Below are positions 57,167 through 59,309 of a DNA stretch of 59,309 nucleotides, piece by piece. A program made the position numbers and the translations under genes. Location of the stretch: the IMG/VR virus record IMGVR_UViG_3300024891_000004, positions 1 through 59,309 of that record. One strand, given 5' to 3'. This DNA is from a virus. Taxonomy: Duplodnaviria > Caudoviricetes. Below the pieces are notes generated by a model, which was not told the origin of the DNA, did not search any database, and saw only the letters and a program-made list of their open reading frames with translations. How positions within the stretch are numbered: position 1 is the stretch's first letter; the number at the start of each line of letters is the position of its first letter.

Positions 57167-59309
57167 TTGCGTTTGGTTTCCATTGAAGTATCAGGCGGTG
57201 TGGAAAATGCTTCGTGTAATGATCTGCTTGCTGGCGTTGATACCGCTTCTTCTACTCGCTTTTGTAAGGTCTTTGCAGGCTCTTGTTTAGGTGCGGCATC
57301 ACGCTGGCGCTGTTCTTCTGCACGCGCTTTCGCACCTGTCATCAGTTCATGCAGGCCGTCTTTAATGCCTTGCACGATACCGCCGTCTGCAAATTGCTGT
57401 GCGCCTTCCACTTCCTGCGCTTCTTCACCGCCCTGCATCTGTCTTAGCAGTAAGCCAAGTTCATTTAGTTTATTCAGTGTATCTTCACCAAGTAAGGCCA
57501 TTGCCTCTACATTCAGCACGCCTTCGCCTGCAGTTGCCATTACTGGAACGTTATCAGCGGTAGTGGTTGGGCTTACGCCTTGTACCGCACCACCATCCGC
57601 TTTGGCCTGCATTGGATTAACGTATTGCTGTTCTTGCTGTAGGTGTAATTGCTGTGCAAAAGCATCGGCATTCATTGGATTATCAAATTTGCCTAAATGC
57701 TGACCTGACTTAACATACTGCTGAATTGCCGCATCGTTATCGAGAATACCGCTGCCATCGCTGGCTACGGTTGGAATCAGCACTTCATACTGACCATCAT
57801 TGAAACTCATGCTGCGCACGGTACTGATAGAACCGTCTGGGTTATTCACAATAGGACGGTTATTCAGGTCGATATTGCCAGGCTCGATAATGCCGCCATC
57901 AGCTAACGCCTGCACACCATCTGCCGCCGCTGTTTCAATGCCGGTCATCGGGCTTGCTGGTACGGCTGGCTGCAATGGCGAAGTGTTCTGGTTAATATCA
58001 GGCATTGGTGTACCCACGGCAGTCGCCGGTACGTCTGTGGCTTGCACGCCATCACCGGCAATCGGTGTCCAGCCTGCGCCTTTCAATACTTCATCAGCTA
58101 CCGGTGCAACGGCTGGTGTTGCCGCTACAATCTGGCCTGTTTGCATCGCGCTAAACTGTGTTTCCACGTTCTTGCTGACTTTCTGTGACTTGATATAGTC
58201 TGCTTCTGCCAGTAGTTTCGCTACGGTAGCATCACGCACTGCCGGATCAAGTTTCGCATCAAGTGCGGCCTGTAATTCCTGCAATTTCTGTTCAAGTTCA
58301 GCCACACGAGGATCGCCATCAGCATCATTAAAGAAGCGCTGACCATCCTTGTAACCCAATTTACCGAAAATTTCCTTGGTGACTTCTTCAACATTGATTT
58401 TTCTGCCAACACTGGAAGCATCAATTTCAGCCAGGGTACGCATACCCATCGTGAAGCGCTCAAACTGTGCCTGCGGATTAGTAGAACCAACGCCCACATT
58501 GACGCGCACCAACATATTGCGCTCTAGTAATTCATCGGTAATGTCAGAAATACCGTATTTTTCGTATAATTTAGCCTTCGTACCGGCAAAAATAAGGATG
58601 GTCTGGTCAGTTTCATACTGTTGTTCCAGCATCACTAACTGTGTAATAACCTTTTCTGCCCATGTTTCCACGAAAGTACGCAGTTGATACTCACTGATCT
58701 CGTTGGCGCTTTCGCTCAATAGCGTCATGCCGCCCACGGTTTCATTCAGTTTGCGGTTGGATTGCACGCTTGAACCATTGAATGCACCGGCTAAGTCGTC
58801 AAAGTCTAGGTTTAAGCGGTCTTGTTCCTGATAGCTAGAACTTGTTACGTCCGGCGTGTCCAATACCTTCACATCGTCAATATCGTTCATCAATGTCACG
58901 GATGACGGTACATTTCTGGTCAGACTGCGAATATCGACCTGCGCATTGCGCTTGGCAAAGTAACGTTTATTCATCGCGAACTTAACGTTATCAATACGCT
59001 GGTTGGCGATTTCGTTAATTTCCACCTGCAGATCGTGTACCAATTCCACCGGTGCGCTGGTATAAGCCTTGTGTGATTCAATCAGGGCACTACCAAGCGC
59101 AAATGGGCGTTTACCGTGCCAATATTGGTCTTTCAGCGGCGCAGGAGTGCTTAAAACGTGTTCTGTACCTAACGTGTAGTACATATGATCCACGCCATCG
59201 ACTTCAATCACGTTGAAATGCACCCAGATAATCTTGTATTCACTCACATCAGTGTTGTTGTCAGTCGGGTCGGTGCGATTACTACCCTGGCGTGTCTGTC
59301 TGATACTGT
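57163..59309 (-). CDS. Portal protein (5' end outside the window) with C-terminal extension
   Basis: RPF...LQVEINEIANQRIDNV...ETVGGM...VNVGVG P22-like portal motifs; frame stays open to the window end. Confidence 0.88.
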   Translation of the reverse strand, partial: SIRQTRQGSNRTDPTDNNTDVSEYKIIWVHFNVIEVDGVDHMYYTLGTEHVLSTPAPLKDQYWHGKRPFALGSALIESHKAYTSAPVELVHDLQVEINEIANQRIDNVKFAMNKRYFAKRNAQVDIRSLTRNVPSSVTLMNDIDDVKVLDTPDVTSSSYQEQDRLNLDFDDLAGAFNGSSVQSNRKLNETVGGMTLLSESANEISEYQLRTFVETWAEKVITQLVMLEQQYETDQTILIFAGTKAKLYEKYGISDITDELLERNMLVRVNVGVGSTNPQAQFERFTMGMRTLAEIDASSVGRKINVEEVTKEIFGKLGYKDGQRFFNDADGDPRVAELEQKLQELQAALDAKLDPAVRDATVAKLLAEADYIKSQKVSKNVETQFSAMQTGQIVAATPAVAPVADEVLKGAGWTPIAGDGVQATDVPATAVGTPMPDINQNTSPLQPAVPASPMTGIETAAADGVQALADGGIIEPGNIDLNNRPIVNNPDGSISTVRSMSFNDGQYEVLIPTVASDGSGILDNDAAIQQYVKSGQHLGKFDNPMNADAFAQQLHLQQEQQYVNPMQAKADGGAVQGVSPTTTADNVPVMATAGEGVLNVEAMALLGEDTLNKLNELGLLLRQMQGGEEAQEVEGAQQFADGGIVQGIKDGLHELMTGAKARAEEQRQRDAAPKQEPAKTLQKRVEEAVSTPASRSLHEAFSTPPDTSMETKRK

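Noticed and set aside
1-59309. CRISPR array, diversity-generating retroelement, retron or intein
   Set aside because: No spaced repeat array, reverse transcriptase motifs, TR/VR pair or intein signatures seen by eye

Overview
The window is a nearly complete (~60 kb) temperate podovirus-like phage genome of a probable Proteobacterium, in excised or circular configuration. It starts inside the 3' end of terL, ends inside the 5' part of the portal gene, and carries an attP-like copy of the tmRNA 3' end next to the integrase with phage genes on both sides. Modules: terminase with an appendage-gene block inserted between terS and terL; lysis; nin-like/Q region; DUF1376 replication initiator with iterons; cro/cI switch; Bet/YqaJ recombination and accessory genes; xis/int/attP; a metallophosphoesterase; a 4060-aa polyvalent ejection-type protein; tail/adaptor genes; capsid, scaffold and portal. 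The main findings are: (1) a 912-nt subgroup IA-like group I intron that splits the major capsid gene and carries an HNH endonuclease on the antisense strand in loop L2 with its own promoter; (2) a methyltransferase-GT9 glycosyltransferase fusion inside the head-gene cluster, a candidate virion glycosylation system; (3) a portal protein with a C-terminal extension punctuated by tape-measure-like ADGG motifs; (4) a C4-like RNA switch in front of the replication gene. All family assignments come from motif recognition by eye; no searches were run.
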